DNA from: Fonticula alba ATCC 38817
Lineage: Eukaryota > Protista > Nucleariida
DNA: 32,780 bases
Strand: one strand, 5' to 3'
Assembly (NCBI GenBank): GCA_000388065.2
Contig: KB932208.1
A program made the position numbers and the translations under genes. Positions 1 to 13,790 of this stretch are shown here, piece after piece. The notes under the pieces are model-generated. The model saw only the letters and a list, made by a program, of their open reading frames with translations. It did not search any database and had not been told where the DNA came from. Within the stretch, counting starts at the first letter, position 1; each line of letters opens with the position of its first letter.

Positions 1-2
1 GA

Positions 3-772
3 CATAGGACCTTTGCTCCTTCCACCGACGCGGACGAAGGGCATCTCACCACCAGCTGCCCACTGGTGCCCGCGCTGGACGCCGGGCCAGACCCCCTGCC
101 CTTGATGGACTTCATCGCATCCTTCTTTTGGCGCACCGATCGCGGGTTTCGGCCCCGGTGCCCGGGGCCCGAGGGGGCCGGTGGCCCTGGCGGTCCCGGC
201 CGCAAGTATTGGGTTCCGCCGGTGCTCCTGATCCAGGTGTTCCTCAGCCGCGAGACAGCCTCCTTCGAGAAGCGCCGTGCATCGCGGCAGGGCCGGCTCC
301 GGGCGCCAGCAGCCACGCCGGTGGCGGCGGCCGCCGCCGCCGCCGCCGCCCCCCGTGCCATGACCACGGCCCCGAGCCCTGGCGAGTCCCGAATGTCGGA
401 CTCGGCCGCTGCCACCCCCGCCGCTGCCGCTGCCTCGCAGCCACCGGGGTCCCCGGATGCTGGACCATCCGCCGCCCCGAGGGCGGGATCACCGCCTGGC
501 ACTCCGACCGCCACGGGCCAATCGCGCGACCCTCTCTCCGAGAGTCTGGACCAGGTGCGCCCTCCTGCCCTCCACTTCGCCCGCCGCGCGCCCGCCCTGG
601 ACATGGGCATGCCTCTTTTTTTTTCTCTCCCCCCCCCCCCCCCCCCCGCCTAATATGGGCTCCATGCTGACGGCCGGAAACAAAAATACCCGGCAGATCT
701 TCGAGCATGGTGTCCTTTCGTCATCGTCCTGCTCGTCGGCAGCCCCCTCGTCGCCGGAATCGGACATGGAGT

Positions 773-810
<38 letters not shown>

Positions 811-1261
811 GATCTCCCCGCTGACCTTGACTGGAATAAGGATCTCGACCGGTGCGCATACTGCCATTCGACCGGGCGCCCTGCTCGCCATGCGTGGCTG
901 ACGCGTCTCCCCCCCCCCCCCCCCCCCCGCCTCGGCCCGATCGCCGGCCTTGGTTTTTCCTCNNNNNNNNNNGCCTCGGCCCGATCGCCGGCCTTGGTTT
1001 TTCCTCGCCCCCTCGCCCCCTCGCCCCTCGCCCCGTTGGGCCGATCGCAGCTCGCTCCTGCAACTGGTGCGCCCGGCGCTGGTGGCCGCGTCCCAAAACC
1101 CCACGGCATCCATCGATGCCTGCCTCGACCGGCTGGACTGGGTCATGGTAGTGGCGGGGATGCGCGCGGCCGCCGGGCGCCCGGTCGGCCGGGATGCCCT
1201 GCAGCGGCGCGCCGGCTTCCTGCTGGCCTCGCTGCTGGCCGCCCTGCGGTCGGGAGGCTGA
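3..1261 (+). CDS. 3' part of an unidentified protein (5'-truncated by the window edge); exons <3-554, 697-851, 1051-1261
   Basis: Frame is open from nt 3 (..LMDFIASFFWRTDRG..KYWVPPVLLIQVFLSRETASFEKRR..ESLDQ). Introns 555-696 (GTGCGC..CAG) and 852-1050 (GTGCGC..CAG) keep the frame and join IFEHGVL..(EP)n..DLDR and SLLQLVRPALV..LLAALRSGG*. No family motif recognised. Confidence 0.7.
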
Positions 1262-1397
1262 CCCGACCGTTGGCATTTGCCCATGCGTGAGCCCGGGCCA
1301 CAATAGACGTAGATTGCGGCGTTCAACCGCGAGCGCGCGCGCGCGCGCGGATCCGCGCTTCGTGTCCCACGCGTGGGGGGGGGGGGGGGGGCGGGGG

Positions 1398-1470
1398 GCT
1401 GGTGTGCGCGGGCCGAGGGCCGGTGTGCGCAGGCCGAGAGCTGGTGCGCGCGGGCCGAGAGCTGGCGCGC
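1398..1470 (+). repeat. Degenerate 21-bp tandem repeat, ~3.5 copies (GCTGGTGYGCGCGGGCCGAGA)
   Basis: Units at 1398, 1419 and 1440, with a partial copy at 1461; intergenic. Confidence 0.85.
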
Positions 1471-1781
1471 TCCCGGGCACTGGCACAGGGCAGTGTCGCC
1501 CACATGAAGAGGGCCCGGGCCGGGGCCCCAGTGGCCAGGAGACGAGTGTAAGCCGCCCCCCTCCCTCGCCCCCCGCATACTGCACACACTTTGACGCACA
1601 GCCGAACGCCTCTTCCCGCGACCGTCCTCCTACGCGTGGGACATTCCGCCGCTCCTCTCTCTCTCTCTCCCTCCCTCCCTCCCTCCCCTTCTCTCCCCTG
1701 TCATTCCCAGTGCGACACACCCGCCCGGGTGCAAACCACACACTCGCGGCACGCATCCCTGAGCGCCAAGCCCAGGCCACG

Positions 1782-4005
1782 ATGGCAACAATGGACTTTG
1801 AGGACCCGCCCTTGAGCTCGGACGAGGAGATCGTCGATGTCCGACAGTATGGCCGGCCGGCGGACGGGCTGATGGATGCTGTCCAGCGCTTCTCCGAGAA
1901 GGACAACCCGGTGCTCGCTGCCGGCGGGCCCGCCCAGACGGCTGCGCTTGCCACGCTCGATGACCATGCCGATGGCCCGGGCGACACCTCAGCCAGCCCG
2001 GCCATGAGTGATCGCGTGCGCGAGGCGCTGAGCCGAGCCCGCCAGGCAAATGCCTTCCTGGACTCGATGCGCGAGGAAGGGGTCCTGCCGCCGCGCCGCC
2101 CGGCCGTCGCCGAGGAGGACAGCCAGGCCGAGGTGGCATCCCCATCTGAGCCCGAGCCCGAGCCCCAGCCCGAACCCGAACCCGAGCTCGAGCCCGAGCT
2201 GCCGGCCAAGGCTCCGAAGACTTGTGAATGTGACGCCAAGTCGGCCGCGCAGGCCCCCTCGCTTGAGGATGTCGGGGACTTCTCGGACCTGGAGCTCGAG
2301 CTGGGCAACTACTACGAGGACGATCTGGCGCCTGTGGACTCGGATTCCGAGGCATCGAGCGGCTCCTCCCCCTCAGCCCGGCAGTGCCTGGCCGACTGTG
2401 TGCGCCTGTCGCGGGAGCTCCGGTCGCTGCAGCTGCCGGCCCTGCGCGACGCCAGTGGCTTTGCCTTTCACCCGTGCCCGGAGCTGGACGTGCGAGCCCT
2501 GGCTTCGGAGACCGACCGCGGGGCGGCCATTCGTCGAGCCCTCGGCCAGGCGGCCGTTGGCCATACGCCGCTGGTGGTGCGCGGCGCCCTGGACCACGCG
2601 CCAGCCGTGGCCCTCTGGCGCTCGTGGGACTATGTGCTGGATCGCATTGGCCGGGACACCCGGGTGACCGTCAGCGTGACGCCCAACGGCCGGGCGGATG
2701 GGCCGGTGCGGCCGGCGGCCGCGCGCGCGCGCGGCTGGCTCGATGCCAGCCAGACCCCCGGCAACACCGACGGAGCGGCCGGCGACCCGGCATGGCTGTT
2801 CATCACCCCCCACGAGCAGACCATCACTCTGGGCGAATTGCGCGAGCGCCTGCGTGCCGGGCGTGCGCGTGTGGCCGCCACGCGCGATCGGATCGGCCTC
2901 TCGCGGAGCTTCATCGCCGACGGGCAGGTGGAGCTGCCGGCAGATTGGGCCCTGCTGCCGGATGACGAGGTGTACTATGTCCAGCTGCAGAATGGCAACA
3001 TTGCCTCGATGCCGGAGCCCGGGCCCGCCGAGGGCGAGCAGACGCCGGGCCACACGACCGGCGAATGGGCGCGCATGATCGGCGACGTGCCGACATCGCT
3101 GGACTTCATGGTGGACGTGTTCGGTGCGTCGAGAGCCGCCCGCGGCTGGGCTGGCTTCTGCCTGGTGCCTGGTGCCCGGTGCCTGGTGCCTGCCCAGGCG
3201 CATGCGTGTGCATTCTCATGAACACGCCGCGCGGGGCCATGCGCAGGCGCTCTCGGCCGCGTTGTGTGCTCCACCTGTGCGAGATGCGAGAAGACTAACG
3301 GTGTGACGGGTCCCTGCTCTCTTCTTTTTCTCCGCCACCGCCGCCGCCGCCGCCGCCGCCGTGGCCTTTCTCCGCTGCCCTGCTGCCGGCTGTCGCCAAC
3401 GCCCAGGCACCGAGCCCGAGGTGGTGAACCTCTGGCTCGGGGATGCCCGCGCGCAAACCAGCATCCACGGCGACCCGTATGAGAATGCCTACTCGGTGAT
3501 CACCGGGCAGAAGACCTTCTGGCTGTATCCGCCGGTGGATGCGGCCTTCATGCGCGAGCGCGCCTGCCAGGGCGCGGTTTTCGCCCCGAAGGACAGCCAG
3601 CCGGATGGGGGGCCATCTGCGGGCCCCGACGGCGGGGCCTGCCGGGCCTTCGGCATCCGGCCGGCCGAAGAGTCCTCCACCAGCTGGGTGACCTTCGACC
3701 CGTGGGTGACCCTGCCGCGGCCGCTGGCGCGCAACCCGGCGCACTATGTCCCGGCCCCCGTGCTGGCGACCCTCCTCCCGGGGGACCTGCTCTACCTGCC
3801 TGCCCTGTGGTACCATGGTGTCCAGCAGGATGGCTTCCCGGGGGGCGCCGCCGAGGCCGGCCAGGCCCCCGACCAGGTGCCGCAAGATGCCCTCGGTCCC
3901 GATGGGACCTGCATCGCGGTGAACTGGTGGCAGCCCGCCAGTGTGGACTCGCGCTGGGCGCATGCGCGTGCGGCCAAGGTCCAGGCACGCCGGGCCGGGC
4001 GGTGA
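1782..4005 (+). CDS. JMJD7: JmjC/cupin-like 2-oxoglutarate Fe(II) oxygenase, JMJD7-like, ~646 aa; exons 1782-3123, 3407-4005
   Basis: Intron 3124-3406 (GTGCGT..CAG, phase 1) joins DVFG to TEPEVVNLWLGDARAQTSIHGDPYENAYSVITGQKTFWLYPP. The HxD (IHGD) and distal His (YLPALWYHGVQQ) metal ligands are present, as are IAVNWW, PLVVRGA, VTVSVTPNGRADG and YYVQLQNGN, which match JMJD7 motifs. The start ATG (1782 or 1791) is inferred. Confidence 0.85.
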
Positions 4006-4197
4006 GGGGGAGGGGAGGATGGCGCGCGGCGGGTCCTCCCCTCCTGCCCTCCCCCCCCCTCCTCCCTGGGGGGCCGGCGTGGAGCCGCCGGAATAGACAC
4101 CTGTGCGCGGTGGCCGCCCTCTCTCGGGCCGGCCGCGCTCAGCCACACATGGATGGGGAGAGACGCGCAATCGGGGCACAGCCATGCCCCCGGGGCC

Positions 4198-4272
4198 GGG
4201 CAGAGGGGTGGCCGGGAAGAGGGGCGGCCGGGCGGGCAGAGGGGCGGCCGGGCGGGCAGAGGGGCAGCCGGG
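4198..4272 (+). repeat. Degenerate 20-bp tandem repeat (AGAGGGGCGGCCGGGCGGGC), ~4 copies
   Basis: Two perfect copies at 4218-4237 and 4238-4257, with degenerate flanking copies. Confidence 0.8.
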
Positions 4273-7200
4273 GTGCTCGGGCGGCCGGGCGGCCTGGCAG
4301 AGGGGCGCCGGGGGGCTCGGGCGGCCAGTCGGCCGGTCGGCTGTCCGAGCGCAGGGGCAAATGCCACCGAGGCGAGGACAGGGAGACGGCCACGCCCGGA
4401 TTACGTTGGCATCAGGGGGAAAGTTGTATTGGCGAGCGCGCCCGCGCCCCGCTTAGCCATGAATCCATGCCCCGTGGGTGCGTGCGATGTGTCTTGCGGC
4501 GCGGGGTGCGCGGCGCAGGCCGCATTGTCACCGGCTACCATTCCCGCCCGACACCGGGGGGACCGGCCGGCGCCCAGACGCGCGCACCGAGCCCCCGCGC
4601 CCGCCCGGGATCCGGTCCCACGCCGGGACCGACGGGGGGGGGGGTGCAGGGGCTTGGGCCAAGAGTGGCCCCGGGCGTCTGTCTCGCTCTCTCTCTCTCT
4701 CTCTCTCTTGCCTGCTTTATTTCTGCCTCCTGCCCCCCCCCGGGGGGGGGGGGGGGGTCGACCGGGCTAACGTGTCGTGCGAGCACGTCAGCCTCGAGGA
4801 GCCTCCCCCCGGCCCCCGGCAGAGGCGCTCCGGTTCCGGCGCAGGCACAGAGCCGGAGGCGAGGGGGGGCCCGGCTTGACTCGTCCCAGAGGCTGCAAGG
4901 CGGTGCCCGGTTTCCCCGGCGGGCTGGGCCCGGCGAAAAGGCCGGGCGGCTCCCCCGGGGCAGGACAATTGTCCCATCGGGAAACAAGCCCGGCGAAATG
5001 CCGAGACCCCGCCCTCGGAGCCGGCTCCGAGGGCGGGGGGTGATCGAACACTGGCAAGTGGTGAGCGGTCATTGGTCATTGGGGGGGAAAAATCCGCGCA
5101 CGCCCCGGGAGCCAGCTCTCCCTGCATGCCGCGGGGGCGGGCGGGGCGGGCCCCGCTGGGCGCCGGCCGCTCCGGGGACCGGCTAGCACCGGTGACCGAT
5201 CGACGGTGCAGGCGCCCCCCGCCGGGGAGCGCAAAGAACCCGGCCAAGCCTGTCACAGACCGAGCAGGCCGCGGCCGGGCTGGGGCGGGGGCGGGGGCGG
5301 GGGGGCATGCCGGACCCCGCAAACGGGCAATCGCCGCCAACAGCGCGCCCGGCCGCACAATAAGACCGATCTCGGGCCCGGCCAGGGGGGGGGGGCGGAA
5401 AAATGACCGCTTTCCTTCGAGCAGTTTCCGAGAAGAAGGGCGACAATTGTTTTCCGCAGATGCACGCCATCCCGCGACGACGCTGCAGCGGCATTCCCGG
5501 CCATCCCTGCCTCCCCCCCGAGCAGAAGGACGCCCGGGCGGCGGAATGGCACACGGGACGTCCACCAGCCGGGGCGGTCAAACGCCCGGCAACGCGGGAC
5601 GCCTCGCGGTCCCGGGGACACCGCGTCCTCCTCGCTGGCCCGTTTCCGGCTCGGGCCGGCCTTCGGGCCCCGAGCGGGGGGGGGGGGCGACCTGCCACAG
5701 GGCGGCGATGGACCGCCTCCAGCGGCCGGGCCCAGAGGACGCAGCGCAAGCCCGCCCGCCCCTCGCGCCGGGGAGTTGCAGCCCCCTCGTACGCGCACGA
5801 CATGCGCATCTGCCCCCCGCGGCAGGCCGCTTTTCCGTCCGGAGCGGGAACCACCGGCAAGTCGAGGTTCCGCCCCCGGCCGCGCTGATCATCACCGCGG
5901 CCGGGGCGGGGAGGGGCCAGGCGTGGAGATGGTATTCGGTGACCATTCCAGGCCACGCGAAGAGGGGCCGAGGGGGGGGGGGGCTGTTCGCCGGGCCGGC
6001 CTCTCTGCGCCAATACCGCCCTGCTCCCCCGGCAGGCCTGTGTCCTCCCCGGCGGTTCCGTGGAAATCCGCCCCCGGCCCGGGACGCGCCCCCCCCCCCC
6101 CCCCCCCCATCATCATTGTGGGGGGCGTGAGGGGCCCGCGCGCGATGTAGAGCGGGATATGACCGTCCCGCCGGGAACGTCGGGCCCGGGGAGCAGGCCC
6201 GCCGGCCCGGGGAACCGGGCCATGTATGGTAACAAATCTACAGCCGCATACTTTGGCGGCAAATATCTTATGTTCGCTTTTCCGGGCTTTTATTCCCCCC
6301 CCCCCCNNNNNNNNNNCAGCCGCATACTTTGGCGGCAAATATCTTATGTTCGCTTTTCCGGGCTTTTATTCCCCCCCCCCCCCTATCCCGAACGCCCCAA
6401 GCCGGGGCCGGCGCCCACAAGCCGACCGGGGGGGGAGGAAGTGCCGGCAATCGGTGCTCATCCCCCCCCCCCCCCCCCCCTAGTCAGCCGCGGTGTGGGC
6501 GCGGTCGCTTGCGGGACGTGCGCGCACCCAGCCCGGGGTGAGGGAGGCATTCCGGCCGAGGGCGGCGGACGGGGGCGGGGGACCCTCTGCCCGACGCCCG
6601 CCCGCCCGCCGGGGACAAGCGTTCTGGGAAACTGGCGGCGCCTCTGACGCTGGCGGCGCCCCCTTAGTCAGGCTGCCCGGGGGCGTGTGTGTGTGTGTGC
6701 GCGCGCGCGCGTGCGCGCGGCTGCCGCCCTGCCGCCCCCCTAAAGGGGCCCGGCTGCCAGGCCCCGGGCCGGGAGGGGCCCTCCCCCCAGAGAAGACCCT
6801 CCCCTCTCGACCCTTTTCTTCGCATTTCACGGTCCCCCCTGCCAGACCAGAGAGACCCCCTCCCCTTTCCTCTCCACATCCCCCTCCTTCCTCCTTCTCC
6901 CCCCTACGGACATGTGCGCGCCGTTCCCCCCCCCCCTGGCCACCCTCTTCGCCGTCGCTCCCGCCGCCCCTGTCTGACGCCCAATGCCCCTCGCACTGTG
7001 TGCTTGAACACCCGGCCTGTGCATATGCAGTCCCTGGCGCACCATCGGCGCCGCTCCCTCTGCTCTCCCCTCGCCCGGTCCCTCCTCCCCTCCCCCCACG
7101 AACTTCGAGGGATTCGTCCACCACACGAACTCCTTCCGAGTGTCGAGCGTCACCTTCTGTGGCCGTGCGTCGTTTGGCCGCCCCGCCCATCATCCCCCTC

Positions 7201-7338
7201 CTCGCCCCGGTGCTGACCGTCGCCCTTCCCCCCCCTCCCCGCTCGAGCAGCCTGACCCGCACCCGCTGGGTCTGATTACGCAGCCACCATCACCCAACCA
7301 GCAAGTCGCAGGTGTGTTTCCGCCATCCTCCCCCCCCC

Positions 7339-7598
7339 NNNNNNNNNNNNNNNNNNNNNNNNNNNNNNNNNNNNNNNNNNNNNNNNNNNNNNNNNNNNNN
7401 NNNNNNNNNNNNNNNNNNNNNNNNNNNNNNNNNNNNNNNNNNNNNNNNNNNNNNNNNNNNNNNNNNNNNNNNNNNNNNNNNNNNNNNNNNNNNNNNNNNN
7501 NNNNNNNNNNNNNNNNNNNNNNNNNNNNNNNNNNNNNNNNNNNNNNNNNNNNNNNNNNNNNNNNNNNNNNNNNNNNNNNNNNNNNNNNNNNNNNNNNN
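7339..7598. other. Assembly gap (the largest). Other gaps: 963-972, 6307-6316, 9094-9276, 15379-15388, 17392-17492, 21608-21637, 24819-24923, 29935-29944
   Basis: Runs of N, most abutting C/G homopolymers or microsatellites. Confidence 0.99.
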
Positions 7599-7647
7599 GA
7601 TCCCGACCAACACCAGCCTGCTCATTGCCATCGGCGTCCAACCAAGC

Positions 7648-11365
<3,718 letters not shown>

Positions 11366-11456
11366 TGAGCGGCCCTCCCCCCCTCCCTCCCCCCTGTCCC
11401 TTTCTCCACTCTCTTTGTGTGTACGAAAAAAATGGGGCGCCATGCCCCGCGACCAG

Positions 11457-11471
11457 AAAAATACACTAGAT
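11457..11471 (+). terminator. Putative polyadenylation element AAAAATACACTAGAT (SERCA 3' end)
   Basis: AT-rich island after the stop; AATACA is a one-base variant of AATAAA. The motif recurs after other stops (see findings). Confidence 0.45.
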
Positions 11472-12041
11472 AATTCAAAAATGTTCCCCCCCTCGGCCGG
11501 GGGGCGTCCTGCGCCCAGCGCTTGCCAACGGACGGGTTGATCGGGCCGCCGGCGCCTGTGCGCCAGGGGGCGGCGGTGTGTGTGTGTGTGTGTGTGGCAT
11601 TTGTGTGCTGCTCCGGGTGGTATGTGTGTGTTGGTGTCCCTGTGTGGTGTTGGGTTCCGGAATCTGCCCGTCTAGGCGGAAGGGCGGACCGCCTCGGCTG
11701 GGGAGATCGCATCCGGCTGGAGGGGGGGGGGGGGGCGGGGGCTGCTCCGGCACGGACAAGGCAGCGCACGATCGCCCGGCTCTTCTTCGGCCGCTCCCCC
11801 ACGCCGGGCATCCGCCCTCTACCCCCCTGGGCTGTGGATCACCGCGCCACCGCCTCTCTCACCGCCTGCACACCTCTTGTTTGCCTTTGCAATTCCCCTC
11901 TCACCTACATCTTGCCTCCTCTCTGTATCCGGCGCCAGGCCCTGTCACTCCTTCTCTCTCTCCCCCCCCCTCTCTCTCTCTCCCTCCGCCCCCTCGATCA
12001 GGGCTAACTCGGCCCGTGTACGCGCGCGCGTGCGCCCGACA

Positions 12042-13755
12042 ATGGTGCCCACTGAGAAGGTCGTCGAGGTGCGTCATCCTCAATCGCATCTCTTCTCAGC
12101 CCTCCACCGCCCCCTGCTTGTGCTGATGGCCCCTCACATCGTCCCCACGTCCCCTGGCCCCTGCTCCCAGGCCATCACCTGTCTTTACTCGCCGACCGCC
12201 TCGCCTGCCCAGGTCAACCAGGCGCAGGGTTGGCTCGTATCCTGGCAGAAATCCCCCGGCAACTGGAGCACCTGCTTCGATCTATTGAAAATCGAGGTTC
12301 GCTTTCGGCCGTTCTCCTGTCTCCGGCCCTGGCTGCCATTCCGCGCATGGCCACATCGGCTCTTTGGCCCCGCTACTGACTCCCCGCCCTCGCCCCCCCC
12401 CCCCCCTGGGGGGTTCAAAGTCCATTGAGTGTCAGTACCTCGGTGCGCAAACCCTGAAAAATAAGTTCGAGACCGAATGGGAGAGCCTGAGTGACGAGAC
12501 CAAGGTCTGGCTCCGGCATGCCACCCTGGATGCGCTCTTCCTCCTGGCGCCGGTGCAATCCATTGCCCGGACATGCCTGGTGCTGGCCGTGCGCTTGCAA
12601 CTACGCATCTTCCCTTGACCATGGCCCGCTCGTGTTCGCCTCCCCCCTCCCCCCCCCTCCTCCCCTGCTGACTCGCGGCCGGCAAACAGTTCTGCACCCT
12701 GGCCGTCAATGCCATGCTCGATGGGTGGGATGGGGTCATCCGCGATGTACGCCGGGCCACCATGGATGCGGCCCGGCGATCGACCCTCCCGGATGCGGGG
12801 ATCCTCTTTGAGGGGCTCTTCCTGGATTATCTGGCCCTGCTGCCGGAGCGCGCCCAAGCGGCGGCCAGCGTGTCGGATGCGCAGGCCCGGCTGACGGCCA
12901 CTCGGCTCGGAGCGTGCGCCTTCCTGGCCCTGGGGCTGTTGTGGCAGCGTGCGTGCGACATGGCCGCGCCGGCTTCCCTGCGCACGCTGGCCCTGTCCGG
13001 TCTGTCGGCATGGATGCCGGCCGCCGGGCGGCTGTTCGCTCGGGACACCGCCACCGACCAGGTCCTGCTGGTGGATGTGGAGACCGGCGCCTCGCCGGCC
13101 GAGGCCAATGGCCTGCCGGTTCCCCGGCCGGCGGACGCGGTCCTTCATGTGCTTGATTCGGTGGAGTCGGTGATGGCCCGGGCCCGGGCGGCGCACGAGC
13201 CGCCCGGGCCTCTGGCCGACGAATTGCGGCTCCTGGTGGATGCCTACCACCGCCTGGTCCGGTGCATGGTGGCCTTTGACACCGGGCGCCACTGCTGGCT
13301 TCTGGGCGCCCGGCTGGGCCAGCTCGGCCCGGTGATCGACTGGCTGATCGAAGCCGATGCCATGGCCCCGTTGGGGCTGGTGGCCGAGCTGTTTGTCCGC
13401 TGGAGCGTGGACTTTTCCAGCACGGCCCTGGCCCAGGCGGCCGCCGATCCGGCGGTGCTGGGCCCGGTGCTGGACCTGCTGCTGCGCCTGACCAATGCCC
13501 CGGGCGAGCCGGGCCCGGAGCAGCCGGTCACGCAGCTGGCCCTGCGCGCGTGGGCCGAGCTACAACTGAGTGCGGCCGCCTTCGAGGGGGATGCCGGCCT
13601 GCTGCTGGAGCTATTGGACCCGGCGTTCGTGCGCGCGGCCCTGATTCTGGCCGACAAGGCGGCCCTCCCCTCGCACCTGGATCACGCGACGGCCGTGTGG
13701 GAGGACGACGGTGCGTGTGGCCGGGACGCCTTCCTTCTTTCCGCCTTGTTTCCCA

Positions 13756-13790
<35 letters not shown>

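Noticed and set aside
929-1006. 34-bp direct repeat (929-962 / 973-1006) around a 10-N gap
   Set aside because: The identical copies sit exactly at the contig ends, typical of an unmerged overlap rather than a real repeat or target-site duplication.
489-1109. Minus-strand ORF with an acidic stretch (MSDSGDEGAADEQDDDERTPC..)
   Set aside because: It is the antisense of exon 2 of gene 1. Splice signals and pyrimidine tracts support only the + strand model.
6241-6382. 66-bp direct repeat (6241-6306 / 6317-6382) around a 10-N gap
   Set aside because: Same contig-overlap artefact; treated as a single copy.
3702-7275. Overlapping 200-500 aa ORFs between JMJD7 and SERCA
   Set aside because: Same low-complexity GC shadow pattern, with no recognisable domain or consistent exon chain.
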